Shown: positions 34,679 through 50,100, numbered from the stretch's first letter. The stretch: 64,000 bases of DNA from Eledone cirrhosa (GCA_964016885.1 OZ024743.1:373550001-373614000), one strand, 5' to 3'. Translations and numbers: made by a program. The notes: a model not told the origin generated them from the sequence alone.

Positions 34679-34915
34679 GCTGCATTCAAGAACATGGTGG
34701 AAATCTTTTTACGGAGTTTACTCGTAAAGATTCACTGAGTCTCAATGTTGAATTCATTAAAGTACACATATCACGCAGTCGCAAACTAGATGTACGTCTT
34801 GGCGACACCATGTTTAGTGGCTCCTCTTCTACAATGAGCCAGCCTCAACAATCCACACCAACATCAGGTGGAATCCGTTCAGAAGGAATTAAATCTAATT
34901 GTGTAAGATTTTCAG
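34679..34915 (+). CDS. BLTP1: BLTP1 exon (CIQEHGG...RKDSLSLNVEFIKVHISRSRK...NCVRFS)
   Basis: aatttcag| and |gtaaat, phase 1 to 1. Matches recalled RKDSLSINLEFVKVSLSRIR. Confidence 0.94.
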
Positions 34916-35617
34916 GTAAATATAATGATTCCTCATCCTAATCACTCTGTCTCTTTTCTGTTCCAAGCCTGGAGGCTCATCTGGACAGGATACTAGTCCA
35001 TCACATGGTTAAAGTCACTCCCAAGCCAAGAGGATCACTAGGCTGGTGCTTACCCCAGTTTCATTAGTGTTAAGTAACTGAGAGTACAAGACTCCCCACT
35101 AGATATGACACCAGTATTAGCTACATTGTCCTGTAACCCACACTTATGCATCCTCTGCATTTTATGTAGTCATGTTTGCAAGTCCTTAATAGGAGTTAAG
35201 TGCCATGTCAGATATAGACATCCATCAACTGACTAAACTAAAGCTGCTGGAAACTCATATGTCAAGATCAATGGGAGAGTCCACCATCACTATCATCATC
35301 ATCATCATCATCATCATATATATGATGAACCTTCTCACAGTTTCCATCTAGCAAATTCCCTTACAAGGCATTGGTCAACCGAGAGCTATGGTAGAAGACA
35401 CTTGCCCAAAGTACCATGAAGTAGTGCCAAGCTGTATCAGCCTTCACTTTCCTTTGGACAAAATCATTGGCATGGAGGATAGAGACTTGCATGTATGGGG
35501 ATACTGCTGGTCTTTTGTGTAGCTTCATTGTCTCATAAGAACCATGGAGGCTCTAAATATGCAATGCAAGAAATATGTTTGCATTAACCCTCATCAAGTG
35601 CTGAAACAAAGAATTAA

Positions 35618-35817
35618 CCCTTTAGCATTTACATTACTCTATATTTACTATTATATTTTCAAGGTTTACCTCGCATAATTATTTCATAATATCAAATCTA
35701 TGAAATTTTGATATCATTTATGTTGAGAACAATACCTTAACATCAGTATGAACAATCAGTTACAGCCAGTTTGAACAGAAAGAGGTGCGAGAATTCGGGC
35801 CGGATATGGCTAAAGAG
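35618..35817. mobile_element. piggyBac-like MITE
   Basis: TTAA|CCCTTTAGC ... GCTAAAGAG|TTAA. Confidence 0.68.
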
Positions 35818-35900
35818 TTAATCTAAGTAGATGCTACCTATAACATTCTTCTGTTAATTGCTTGATTCATGTAATTTCTTCTTTCTTTCTTCTTTCACAG

Positions 35901-36050
35901 CAATTTGTGATATAGGTTCTGCCTCTTTCAAATATGACATGCGTCGACTCTCTGAAATTCTCTCCTTCCCGAAAGCTTGGTACCGACGTAATTTGGCTCG
36001 TCGGATGTTCCTCGGTGATGAGAGTGTTGCACAAGCAGCCTCTGATGAAG
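35901..36050 (+). CDS. BLTP1: BLTP1 exon (AICDIGSASFKYDMRRLSEILSFPKAWYRRNLARRMFLGDE...)
   Basis: tttcacag| and |gtaagt. Almost identical to recalled KIAA1109 AVCDIGSASFKYDMRRLSEILAFPRAWYRRSIARRLFLGD. No stop codon, so the gene continues downstream. Confidence 0.97.
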
Positions 36051-36421
36051 GTAAGTCCATCTTTTTCACATGTGTAGCTTGTTTTTTTTTTTTTTCCCTG
36101 AAATGTATTTTATTTTCAAATCTTCACTATTTTTCTTCTCTTTTCTTTCCTTCTTTCTGCTTTCTGAAACACACACATATAGTAACTGAAACACACACAT
36201 ATAGTAACTGACACACGCAACATTGGTTTCTTTATAAATATCTTATCATCAGTCTTAGCTTGGCTAAATGATTTTGTTTCCTTTCTTTTCATGTCTTTGT
36301 ATTGAATGCAGTTGTAGCTGAGTCTCTTAAAGATATATATGTTATTTCTGTGTGTGTGTGTATGTATGTATGTCTTTTTCTTTGTGTATGTATGCAAGTA
36401 TATGTGTTGTGTATGGATGTG

Positions 36422-36454
<33 letters not shown>

Positions 36455-36462
36455 TTTTTTCT

Positions 36463-36505
<43 letters not shown>

Positions 36506-37039
36506 TGTATATTATTCACACCCACACTACATCATTTTCATAAGATAATTTTTAAATGCCTTTTTTTTTTTTTTTTTACTGCAAATCTGTTTTATTGCTT
36601 CAGTGAATGATGTTTCTCAACTCTTTCTATATTTATTGTATGTGTGTTATGTCTGAGGGCACTTGCACACCTGTGCAGGTGTGTGTGTGTGTAGGTACTT
36701 GTACCCCTGCACAACTGCGTTTATATGTGTGTATTATTGATTTTATATGCATGCATCCACTGGGAAATGTTATGATTGATTTCTATGTATGTTTGTTTTC
36801 AAATAATTGAACCTTTTGTAAACAATTGGTGATCATATATGTAATTGCTATGTGGAAACAAGCTAACATAGATTATGTTAAAACTAGAGTAATTTGGGGG
36901 GGTTTATACTTTTGTCACTGAGGGTAATGTCAGATAATGTTATATAGATCATTATTTATTGGTGTGTATACAAAACTAAAGTGTTACCTGTCATATGACA
37001 AAATTTCCATTCATTTCCTCCATGACCTCTATCATTACA

Positions 37040-37385
37040 TCTTTGCCCACTTATTCCTGAGAGGGTCGTGGGGGCAGAGTCCTCAAATACTCCTTCCAGC
37101 AGGTCTTGTCAGAAGAAACCACTTCCAACTGATCTGGCTGGATCCTCAAGTGAGATCAGCTGAATTCATGGATGTTATCCAACCATCTTGCTCAGGGTCT
37201 ACCCCTGGGTCTCCTGCTGGTTGGTTTTGCCCATAAAATATGTCCAACGATTCTTTCCTGTGACACTCTAACCACATGCCAATAGTATCAGAGCTGTGCT
37301 CTCTCAATTCGAAGAAGTAGCGACTCTACCTGGAGTGAGTCCCTGATCACCGAGTTACGCACTTTATCAAGTAATGTTACTCCAA
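37040..37385 (-). mobile_element. 3' end of second RTE family
   Basis: Highly similar to 8664-8935 and extends further 5'. Confidence 0.85.
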
Positions 37386-38117
37386 AGACCCTTGCATGTA
37401 ATATGAAGTAGGATCGTATTACATGCTAAAAAAAAAAGAAAATCCACATTGTTTTTAGTGACTTCCGGTGTTAGTAATTCATAGTAAAAATAACTTAGTT
37501 TAGAGGACAAGGTTAACCCATCTTTAAAAAGATTTTCTCAGAATTTCATTGATATAGATCTTTCTTGTCAAGTATTTAGTTAAGTATATATTTTGCCTCT
37601 ACCTTTTGTTGACATGCATAATCAGCACATAATTCATTTCCTCTTTTCCTTTATATATATGACCACTCTAGTCTAGCCAACATGCTATGTGAATATATTT
37701 CGCTGAGGAGCACTAGTACGATCGAAACATGAACTTTACTTTCACCAAGTTGGCATAAAGACAAGGTCCATTCCTACTGTTTATCTAAAAATGTTCCAAA
37801 GAATTTTTATCAGCTCAGATTATAGTAAACATCCTTGCTTGCTTGTGATCTGAACACCTCCAAAGGGAGTTTCAATCATAAAATTGCAAGGAGAGTCTCA
37901 GTTTAAAAAAAACAAACAAACTCACTTGCTATATTTAGAATGCTTATCATCATCATCATCATCATCACTCTCTCTCTCTCATTTACTGACACCCATTCCT
38001 GTTGCTATCCATCTCTCTTCCCTGTCATGACATGATGACATATCCATGTTGCCATGCCATCATGACACTCTGGATCTTTTTATTCATCCTCTTACCACCA
38101 TCCAGCATGTATTCCTT

Positions 38118-41100
38118 GTCACTGTCTCCCTCCAGTCCTTAACCATCCTATCACTGTCTCTCTCCCGTCCTTAACCATCCTATCACTGTCTGTCTCCCAT
38201 CCTTTATCATCCTATCACTGTCTCCCTCCCATCCTTTATCATCCTATCACTGTCTCCCTCCCATTCTTTATCATCCTATCACTGTCTCCCTCCCGTCCTT
38301 TACCATCCTATCACTGTCTGTCTCCCGTCCTTAACCATCCTATCACTGTCTGTCTCCCGTCCTTAACCATCCTATCACTGTCTCTCTCCCGTCCTTTACC
38401 ATGCTATCACTGTCTGTCTCCCGTCCTTAACCATCCTATCACTGTCTCTCTCCCGTCCTTAACCATCCTATCACTGTCTCTCTCCCGTCCTTTATCATCC
38501 TATCACTGTCTGTCTCCCGTCCTTAACCATCCTATCACTGTCTCTCTCCCGTCCTTAACCATCCTATCACTGTCTCTCTCCCGTCCTTAACCATCCTATC
38601 ACTGTCTCTCTCCCGCCCTTAACCATCCTATCACTGTCTGTCTCCCATCCTTTATCATCCTATCACTGTCTCCCTCCCATCCTTTACCATGCTATCACTG
38701 TCTGTCTCCCGTCCTTTATCATCCTATCACTGTCTCTCTCCCGTCCTTAACCATCCTATCACTGTCTGTCTCCCATCCTTTATCATCCTATCACTGTCTC
38801 CCTCCCATCCTTTATCATCCTATCACTGTCTGTCTCCCGTCCTTTACCATCCTATCACTGTCTCTCTCCCGTCCTTAACCATCCTATCACTGTCTCCCTC
38901 CCGTCCTTAACCATCCTATCACTGTCTCCCTCCCGTCCTTAACCATCCTATCACTGTCTGTCTCCCGTCCTTAACCATCCTATCACTGTCTCCCTCCCAT
39001 CCTTTATCATCCTATCACTGTCTCCCTCCCGTCCTGAACCATCCTATCACTGTCTCCCTCCCGTCCTTAACCATCCTATCACTGTCTCTCTCCCGTCCTT
39101 AATCATCCTATCACTGTCTGTCTCCAATCCTTTATCATCCTATCACTGTCTCCCTCCCGTCCTTAACCATCCTATCACTGTCTCTCTCCCGTCCTTAACC
39201 ATCCTATCACTGTCTCCCTCCCGTCCTTAACCATCCTATCACTGTCTGTCTCCCGTCCTTAACCATCCTATCACTGTCTCTCTCCCGTCCTTTACCATGC
39301 TATCACTGTCTGTCTCCCGTCCTTAACCATCCTATCACTGTCTCTCTCCCGTCCTTAACCATCCTATCACTGTCTCCCTCCCGTCCTTAACCATCCTATC
39401 ACTGTCTCCCTCCCGTCCTTAACCATCCTATCACTGTCTCCCTCCCGTCCTTAACCATCCTATCACTGTTTCCCCGTCCTTAACCATCCTATCACTGTCT
39501 CTCTCCCGTCCTTAACCATCCTATCACTGTCTCTCTCCCGTCCTTAACCATCCTATCACTGTCTGTCTCCCGTCCTTTACCATCCTATCACTGTCTCCCT
39601 CCCATCCTTAACCATCCTATCACTGTCTCCCTTCCTTAACCATCCTATCACTGTCTCTCTCCCGTCCTTTACCATCCTATCACTGTCTGTCTCCCGTCCT
39701 TAACCATCCTATCACTGTCTGTCTCCCGTCCTTAACCATCCTATCACTGTCTCCCTCCCGTCCTTAACCATCCTATCAGTGTCTCCCTCCCGTCCTTAAC
39801 CATCCTATCACTGTCTGTCTCCCGTCCTTAACCATCCTATCACTGTCTGTCTCCTGTCCTTAACCATCCTATCACTGTCTGTCTCCCATCCTTAACCATC
39901 CTATCACTGTCTCTCTCCCGTCCTTTACCATCCTATCACTGTCTGTCTCCTGTCCTTAACCATCCTATCACTGTCTGTCTCCCTTCCTTAACCATCCTAT
40001 CACTGTCTGTCTCCCGTCCTTTACCATCCTATCACTGTCTGTCTCCCATCCTTAACCATCCTATCACTGTCTCTCTCCCGTCCTTAACCATCCTATCACT
40101 GTCTCTCTCCCGTCCTTAACCATCCTATCACTGTCTGTCTCCCGTCCTTAACCATCCTATCACTGTCTCTCTCCCATCCTTTATCATCCTATCACTGTCT
40201 CTCTCCCGTCCTTAACCATCCTATCACTGTCTGTCTCCCGTCCTTAACCATCCTATCACTGTCTCTCTCCCATCCTTTATCATCCTATCACTGTCTCTCT
40301 CCCGTCCTTTACCATCCTATCACTGTCTCCCTCCCGTCCTTAACCATCCTATCACTGTCTCTCTCCCGTCCTTAACTATCCTATCACTGTCTGTCTCCCA
40401 TCCTTTATCATCCTATCACTGTCTCCCTCCCGTCCTTAACCATCCTATCACTGTCTCTCTCCCGTCCTTAACCATCCTATCACTGTCTCTCTCCCGTCCT
40501 TTACCATCCTATCACTGTCTGTCTCCCATCCTTTATCATCCTATCACTGTCTCCCTCCCGTCCTTAACCATCCTATCACTGTCTCCCTCCTGTCCTTAAC
40601 CATCCTATCACTGTTTCCCGTCCTTAACCATCCTATCACTGTCTCTATCCCGTCCTTTACCATCCTATCACTGTCTGTCTCCCATCCTTTATCATCCTAT
40701 CACTGTCTCCCTCCCGTCCTTAACCATCCTATCACTGTCTCCCTCCTGTCCTTAACCATCCTATCACTGTTTCCCGTCCTTAACCATCCTATCACTGTCT
40801 CCCTCCTGTCCTTAACCATCCTATCACTGTTTCCCGTCCTTAACCATCCTATCACTGTCTCTCTCCCGTCCTTTACCATCCTATCACTGTCTGTCTCCCA
40901 TCCTTTATCATCCTATCACTGTCTCCCTCCCGTCCTTAACCATCCTATCACTGTCTCCCTCCCATCCTTAACCATCCTATCACTGTCTCCCGTCCTTAAC
41001 CATCCTATCACTGTCTCTCTCCCGTCCTTAACCATCCTATCACTGTCTCTCTCCCGTCCTTTATCATCCTATCACTGTCTGTCTCCCGTCCTTAACCATC

Positions 41101-44100
41101 CTATCACTGTCTCCCTCCTGTCCTTAACCATCCTATCACTGTCTCTCTCCCGTCCTTTACCATGCTATCACTGTCTGTCTCTCGTCCTTAACCATCCTAT
41201 CACTGTCTCTCTCCCGTCCTTAACCATCCTATCACTGTCTCTCTCCCGTCCTTTACCATCCTATCACTGTCTCTCTCCCGTCCTTAACCATCCTATCACT
41301 GTCTGCCTCCCATCCTTTATCATCCTATCACTGTCTGTCTCCCATCCTTAACCATCCTATCACTGTCTCCCTCCCGTCCTTAACCATCCTATCACTGTCT
41401 CTCTCCCGTCCTTTACCATGCTATCACTGTCTGTCTCTCGTCCTTAACCATCCTATCACTGTCTCTCTCCCGTCCTTAACCATCCTATCACTGTCTCTCT
41501 CCCGTCCTTAACCATCCTATCACTGTCTCTCTCCCGTCCTTAACCATCCTATCACTGTCTCTCTCCCGTCCTTTACCATCCTATCACTGTCTCCCTCCCG
41601 TCCTTAACCATCCTATCACTGTCTGCCTCCCATCCTTTATCATCCTATCACTGTCTGTCTCCCATCCTTAACCATCCTATCACTGTCTCCCTCCCGTCCT
41701 TAACCATCCTATCACTGTCTCCCTCCCATCCTTAACCATCCTATCACTGTCTCCCGTCCTTAACCATCCTATCACTGTCTGTCTCCCATCCTTTATCATC
41801 CTATTACTGTCTCCCTCCCGTCCTTAACCATCCTATCACTGTCTCCCTCCCGTCCTTAACCATCCTATCACTGTCTCCCGTCCTTAACCATCCTATCACT
41901 GTCTCTCTCCCGTCCTTAACCATCCTATCACTGTCTCTCTCCCGTCCTTTACCATCCTATCACTGTCTCCCTCCCGTCCTTAACCATCCTATCACTGTCT
42001 CTCTCCCGTCCTTTACCATGCTATCACTGTCTGTCTCTCGTCCTTAACCATCCTATCACTGTCTGTCTCCCATCCTTTATCATCCTATCACTGTCTCCCT
42101 CCCGTCCTTAACCATCCTATCACTGTCTCCCTCCCGTCCTTAACCATCCTATCACTGTCTCTCTCCCGTCCTTTACCATCCTATCACTGTCTGTCTCCCG
42201 TCCTTAACCATCCTATCACTGTCTCCCTCCCGTCCTTAACCATCCTATCACTGTCTCTCTCCCGTCCTTTACCATCCTATCACTGTCTCTCTCCCGTCCT
42301 TTACCATCCTATCACTGTCTGTCTCCCGTCCTTAACCATCCTATCACTGTCTCCCTCCCGTCCTTAACCATCCTATCACTGTCTCCCTTCCTTAACCATC
42401 CTATCACTGTCTGTCTCCCGTCCTTAACCATCCTATCACTGTCTGTCTCCCGTCCTTTACCATCCTATCACTGTCTGCCTCCCATCCTTTATCATCCTAT
42501 CACTGTCTGTCTCCCATCCTTTATCATCCTATCACTGTCTCCCTCCCGTCCTTAACCATCCTATCACTGTCTCTCTCCCGTCCTTAACCATCCTATCACT
42601 GTCTCTCTCCCGTCCTTTACCATCCTATCACTGTCTGTCTCCCATCCTTTATCATCCTATCACTGTCTCCCTCCCGTCCTTAACCATCCTATCACTGTCT
42701 CCCTCCTGTCCTTAACCATCCTATCACTGTTTCCCGTCCTTAACCATCCTATCACTGTCTCTCTCCCGTCCTTTACCATCCTATCACTGTCTGTCTCCCA
42801 TCCTTTATCATCCTATCACTGTCTCCCTCCCGTCCTTAACCATCCTATCACTGTCTCCCTCCCATCCTTAACCATCCTATCACTGTCTCCCGTCCTTAAC
42901 CATCCTATCACTGTCTCTCTCCCGTCCTTAACCATCCTATCACTGTCTCTCTCCCGTCCTTTATCATCCTATCACTGTCTCTCTCCCGTCCTTAACCATC
43001 CTATCACTGTCTGTCTCCCGTCCTTAACCATCCTATCACTGTCTCTCTCCCGTCCTTTACCATGCTATCACTGTCTGTCTCTCGTCCTTAACCATCCTAT
43101 CACTGTCTCTCTCCCGTCCTTAACCATCCTATCACTGTCTCTCTCCCGTCCTTTACCATCCTATCACTGTCTCTCTCCCATCCTTAACCATCCTATCACT
43201 GTCTGCCTCCCATCCTTTATCATCCTATCACTGTCTGTCTCCCATCCTTAACCATCCTATCACTGTCTCCCTCCCGTCCTTAACCATCCTATCACTGTCT
43301 CTCTCCCGTCCTTTACCATGCTATCACTGTCTGTCTCTCGTCCTTAACCATCCTATCACTGTCTCTCTCCCGTCCTTAACCATCCTATCACTGTCTCTCT
43401 CCCGTCCTTAACCATCCTATCACTGTCTCTCTCCCGTCCTTAACCATCCTATCACTGTCTCTCTCCCGTCCTTTACCATCCTATCACTGTCTCCCTCCCG
43501 TCCTTAACCATCCTATCACTGTCTGCCTCCCATCCTTTATCATCCTATCACTGTCTGTCTCCCATCCTTAACCATCCTATCACTGTCTCCCTCCCGTCCT
43601 TAACCATCCTATCACTGTCTCCCTCCCATCCTTAACCATCGTATCACTGTCTCCCGTCCTTAACCATCCTATCACTGTCTGTCTCCCATCCTTTATCATC
43701 CTATTACTGTCTCCCTCCCGTCCTTAACCATCCTATCACTGTCTCCCTCCCGTCCTTAACCATCCTATCACTGTCTCCCGTCCTTAACCATCCTATCACT
43801 GTCTCTCTCCCGTCCTTAACCATCCTATCACTGTCTCTCTCCCGTCCTTTACCATCCTATCACTGTCTCCCTCCCGTCCTTAACCATCCTATCACTGTCT
43901 CTCTCCCGTCCTTTACCATGCTATCACTGTCTGTCTCTCGTCCTTAACCATCCTATCACTGTCTGTCTCCCATCCTTTATCATCCTATCACTGTCTCCCT
44001 CCCGTCCTTAACCATCCTATCACTGTCTCCCTCCCGTCCTTAACCATCCTATCAGTGTCTCTCTCCCGTCCTTTACCATCCTATCACTGTCTGTCTCCCG

Positions 44101-47100
44101 TCCTTAACCATCCTATCACTGTCTCCCTCCCGTCCTTAACCATCCTATCACTGTCTCTCTCCCGTCCTTTACCATCCTATCACTGTCTCTCTCCCGTCCT
44201 TTACCATCCTATCACTGTCTGTCTCCCGTCCTTAACCATCCTATCACTGTCTGTCTCCCGTCCTTAACCATCCTATCACTGTCTCCCTCCCGTCCTTAAC
44301 CATCCTATCACTGTCTCCCTTCCTTAACCATCCTATCACTGTCTGTCTCCCGTCCTTAACCATCCTATCACTGTCTGTCTCCCGTCCTTAACCATCCTAT
44401 CACTGTCTGTCTCCCGTCCTTAACCATCCTATCACTGTCTGTCTCCCGTCCTTTACCATCCTATCACTGTCTCTCTCCCGTCCTTTACCATCCTATCACT
44501 GTCTGTCTCCCGTCCTTAACCATCCTATCACTGTCTGTCTCCCGTCCTTAACCATCCTATCACTGTCTGTCTCCCGTCCTTTACCATCCTATCACTGTCT
44601 CCCTCCCATCCTTAACCATCCTATCACTGTCTCCCTTCCTTAACCATCCTATCACTGTCTCTCTCCCGTCCTTTACCATCCTATCACTGTCTGTCTCCCG
44701 TCCTTAACCATCCTATCACTGTCTGTCTCCCGTCCTTAACCATCCTATCACTGTCTGTCTCCCGTCCTTAACCATCCTATCACTGTCTCTCTCCCGTCCT
44801 TAACCATCCTATCACTGTCTCTCTCCCGTCCTTAACCATCCTATCACTGTCTCTCTCCCGTCCTTAACCATCCTATCACTGTCTCTCTCCCGTCCTTAAC
44901 CATCCTATCACTGTCTCTCTCCCGTCCTTTACCATGCTATCACTGTCTGTCTCTCGTCCTTAACCATCCTATCACTGTCTCTCTCCCGTCCTTTATCATC
45001 CTATCACTGTCTCCCTCCCGTCCTTAACCATCCTATCACTGTCTGTCTCCCGTCCTTAACCATCCTATCACTGTCTGTCTCCCGTCCTTAACCATCCTAT
45101 CACTGTCTGTCTCCCATCCTTAACCATCCTATCACTGTCTCTCTCCCGTCCTTTACCATCCTATCACTGTCTCTTTCCCGTCCTTAACCATCCTATCACT
45201 GTCTCTCTCCCGTCCTTAACCATCGTATCACTGTCTGTCTCCCATCCTTTATCATTCTATCACTGTCTCCCTCCCGTCCTTAACCATCCTATCACTGTCT
45301 CTCTCCCGTCCTTAACCATCCTATCACTGTCTCTCTCCCGTCCTTAACCATCCTATCACTGTCTCTCTCCCGTCCTTTACCATCCTATCACTGTCTCCCT
45401 CCCGTCCTTAACCATCCTATCACTGTCTGTCTCCCGTCCTTTACCATCCTATCACTGTCTGTCTCCCGTCCTTAACCATCCTATCACTGTCTCTCTCCCG
45501 TCCTTACCCATCCTATCACTGTCTCCCTCCTGTCCTTAACCATCCTATCAGTGTCTCCCTCCCGTCCTTAACCATCCTATCACTGTCTGTCTCCCGTCCT
45601 TAACCATCCTATCACTGTCTGTCTCCTGTCCTTAACCATCCTATCACTGTCTGTCTCCCATCCTTAACCATCCTATCACTGTCTCTCTCCCGTCCTTTAC
45701 CATCCTATCACTGTCTGTCTCCTGTCCTTAACCATCCTATCACTGTCTGTCTCCCTTCCTTAACCATCCTATCACTGTCTGTCTCCCGTCCTTTACCATC
45801 CTATCACTGTCTGTCTCCCATCCTTAACCATCCTATCACTGTCTCTCTCCCGTCCTTAACCATCCTATCACTGTCCCTCTCCCGTCCTTAACCATCCTAT
45901 CACTGTCTGTCTCCCGTCCTTAACCATCCTATCACTGTCTCTCTCCCATCCTTTATCATCCTATCACTGTCTCTCTCCCGTCCTTAACCATCCTATCACT
46001 GTCTGTCTCCCGTCCTTAACCATCCTATCACTGTCTCTCTCCCATCCTTTATCATCCTATCACTGTCTCTCTCCCGTCCTTTACCATCCTATCACTGTCT
46101 CCCTCCCGTCCTTAACCATCCTATCACTGTCTCTCTCCCGTCCTTAACTATCCTATCACTGTCTGTCTCCCATCCTTTATCATCCTATCACTGTCTCCCT
46201 CCCGTCCTTAACCATCCTATCACTGTCTCTCTCCCGTCCTTTACCATCCTATCACTGTCTGTCTCCCATCCTTTATCATCCTATCACTGTCTCCCTCCCG
46301 TCCTTAACCATCCTATCACTGTCTCCCTCCTGTCCTTAACCATCCTATCACTGTTTCCCGTCCTTAACCATCCTATCACTGTCTCTATCCCGTCCTTTAC
46401 CATCCTATCACTGTCTGTCTCCCATCCTTTATCATCCTATCACTGTCTCCCTCCCGTCCTTAACCATCCTATCACTGTCTCCCCCCTGTCCTTAACCATC
46501 CTATCACTGTTTCCCGTCCTTAACCATCCTATCACTGTCTCCCTCCTGTCCTTAACCATCCTATCACTGTTTCCCGTCCTTAACCATCCTATAACTCTCT
46601 CTCTCCCGTCCTTTACCATCCTATCACTGTCTGTCTCCCATCCTTTATCATCCTATCACTGTCTCCCTCCCGTCCTTAACCATCCTATCACTGTCTCCCT
46701 CCCATCCTTAACCATCCTATCACTGTCTCCCGTCCTTAACCATCCTATCACTGTCTCCCTCCCATCCTTTACCATGCTATCACTGTCTGTCTCCCGTCCT
46801 TTATCATCCTATCACTGTCTCTCTCCCGTCCTTAACCATCCTATCACTGTCTGTCTCCCATCCTTTATCATCCTATCACTGTCTCCCTCCCATCCTTTAT
46901 CATCCTATCACTGTCTGTCTCCCGTCCTTTACCATCCTATCACTGTCTCTCTCCCGTCCTTAACCATCCTATCACTGTCTCCCTCCCGTCCTTAACCATC
47001 CTATCACTGTCTCCCTCCCGTCCTTAACCATCCTATCACTGTCTGTCTCCTGTCCTTAACCATCCTATCACTGTCTCCCTCCCATCCTTTATCATCCTAT

Positions 47101-50100
47101 CACTGTCTCCCTCCCGTCCTGAACCATCCTATCACTGTCTCCCTCCCGTCCTTAACCATCCTATCACTGTCTCTCTCCCGTCCTTAACCATCCTATCACT
47201 GTCTGTCTCCAATCCTTTATCATCCTATCACTCCCTCCCTCCCGTCCTTAACCATCCTATCACTGTCTCTCTCCCGTCCTTAACCATCCTATCACTGTCT
47301 CCCTCCCGTCCTTAACCATCCTATCACTGTCTGTCTCCCGTCCTTAACCATCCTATCACTGTCTCTCTCCCGTCCTTTACCATGCTATCACTGTCTGTCT
47401 CCCGTCCTTAACCATCCTATCACTGTCTCTCTCCCGTCCTTAACCATCCTATCACTGTCTCTCTCCCGTCCTTAACCATCCTATCACTGTCTCCCTCCCG
47501 TCCTTAACCATCCTATCACTGTCTCCCTCCCGTCCTTAACCATCCTATCACTGTCTCCCTCCCGTCCTTAACCATCCTATCACTGTTTCCCCGTCCTTAA
47601 CCATCCTATCACTGTCTCTCTCCCGTCCTTAACCATCCTATCACTGTCTCTCTCCCGTCCTTAACCATCCTATCACTGTCTGTCTCCCGTCCTTTACCAT
47701 CCTATCACTGTCTCCCTCCCATCCTTAACCATCCTATCACTGTCTCCCTTCCTTAACCATCCTATCACTGTCTCTCTCCCGTCCTTTACCATCCTATCAC
47801 TGTCTGTCTCCCGTCCTTAACCATCCTATCACTGTCTGTCTCCCGTCCTTAACCATCCTATCACTGTCTGTCTCCCGTCCTTAACCATCCTATCACTGTC
47901 TCTCTCCCGTCCTTAACCATCCTATCACTGTCTCTCTCCCGTCCTTAACCATCCTATCACTGTCTCTCTCCCGTCCTTAACCATCCTATCACTGTCTCTC
48001 TCCCGTCCTTTACCATGCTATCACTGTCTGTCTCCCATCCTTAACCATCCTATCACTGTCTCTCTCCCGTCCTTTATCATCCTATCACTGTCTCCCTCCC
48101 GTCCTTAACCATCCTATCACTGTCTGTCTCCCGTCCTTAACCATCCTATCACTGTCTGTCTCCCGTCCTTAACCATCCTATCACTGTCTGTCTCCCGTCC
48201 TTAACCATCCTATCACTGTCTGTCTCCCATCCTTAACCATCCTATCACTGTCTCTCTCCCGTCCTTTACCATCCTATCACTGTCTCTTTCCCGTCCTTAA
48301 CCATCCTATCACTGTCTCTCTCCCGTCCTTAACCATCCTATCACTGTCTGTCTCCCATCCTTTATCATACTATCACTGTCTCCCTCCCGTCCTTAACCAT
48401 CCTATCACTGTCTCTCTCCCGTCCTTAACCATCCTATCACTGTCTCTCTCCCGTCCTTAACCATCCTATCACTGTCTCTCTCCCGTCCTTTACCATCCTA
48501 TCACTGTCTCCCTCCCGTCCTTAACCATCCTATCACTGTCTGTCTCCCGTCCTTTACCATCCTATCACTGTCTGTCTCCCGTCCTTAACCATCCTATCAC
48601 TGTCTCTCTCCCGTCCTTACCCATCCTATCACTGTCTCCCTCCCGTCCTTAACCATCCTATCAGTGTCTCCCTCCCGTCCTTAACCATCCTATCACTGTC
48701 TGTCTCCCGTCCTTAACCATCCTATCACTGTCTGTCTCCTGTCCTTAACCATCCTATCACTGTCTGTCTCCCATCCTTAACCATCCTATCACTGTCTCTC
48801 TCCCGTCCTTTACCATCCTATCACTGTCTGTCTCCTGTCCTTAACCATCCTATCACTGTCTGTCTCCCTTCCTTAACCATCCTATCACTGTCTGTCTCCC
48901 GTCCTTTACCATCCTATCACTGTCTGTCTCCCATCCTTAACCATCCTATCACTGTCTCTCTCCCGTCCTTAACCATCCTATCACTGTCTCTCTCCCGTCC
49001 TTAACCATCCTATCACTGTCTGTCTCCCGTCCTTAACCATCCTATCACTGTCTCTCTCCCATCCTTTATCATCCTATCACTGTCTCTCTCCCGTCCTTAA
49101 CCATCCTATCACTGTCTGTCTCCCGTCCTTAACCATCCTATCACTGTCTCTCTCCCATCCTTTATCATCCTATCACTGTCTCTCTCCCGTCCTTTACCAT
49201 CCTATCACTGTCTCCCTCCCGTCCTTAACCATCCTATCACTGTCTCTCTCCCGTCCTTAACTATCCTATCACTGTCTGTCTCCCATCCTTTATCATCCTA
49301 TCACTGTCTCCCTCCCGTCCTTAACCATCCTATCACTGTCTCTCTCCCGTCTTTAACCATCCTATCACTGTCTCTCTCCCGTCCTTTAACATCCTATCAC
49401 TGTCTGTCTCCCATCCTTTATCATCCTATCACTGTCTCCCTCCCGTCCTTAACCATCCTATCACTGTCTCCCTCCTGTCCTTAACCATCCTATCACTGTT
49501 TCCCGTCCTTAACCATCCTATCACTGTCTCTATCCCGTCCTTTACCATCCTATCACTGTCTGTCTCCCATCCTTTATCATCCTATCACTGTCTCCCTCCC
49601 GTCCTTAACCATCCTATTACTGTCTCCCTCCTGTCCTTAACCATCCTATCACTGTTTCCCGTCCTTAACCATCCTATCACTGTCTCCCTCCTGTCCTTAA
49701 CCATCCTATCACTGTTTCCCGTCCTTAACCATCCTATCACTGTCTCTCTCCCGTCCTTTACCATCCTATCACTGTCTGTCTCCCATCCTTTATCATCCTA
49801 TCACTGTCTCCCTCCCGTCCTTAACCATCCTATCACTGTCTCCCTCCCATCCTTAACCATCCTATCACTGTCTCCCGTCCTTAACCATCCTATCACTGTC
49901 TCTCTCCCGTCCTTAACCATCCTATCACTGTCTCTCTCCCGTCCTTTATCATCCTATCACTGTCTGTCTCCCGTCCTTAACAATCCTATCACTGTCTCCC
50001 TCCTGTCCTTAACCATCCTATCACTGTCTCTCTCCCGTCCTTTACCATGCTATCACTGTCTGTCTCTCGTCCTTAACCATCCTATCACTGTCTCTCTCCC

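Noticed and set aside
37700-37735. Additional hammerhead-like strings (CTGAGGA...CGAAACATG here; partial ones near 10345-10440 and 33330-33435 on -)
   Set aside because: Core or stem I/III incomplete. At most decayed remnants.
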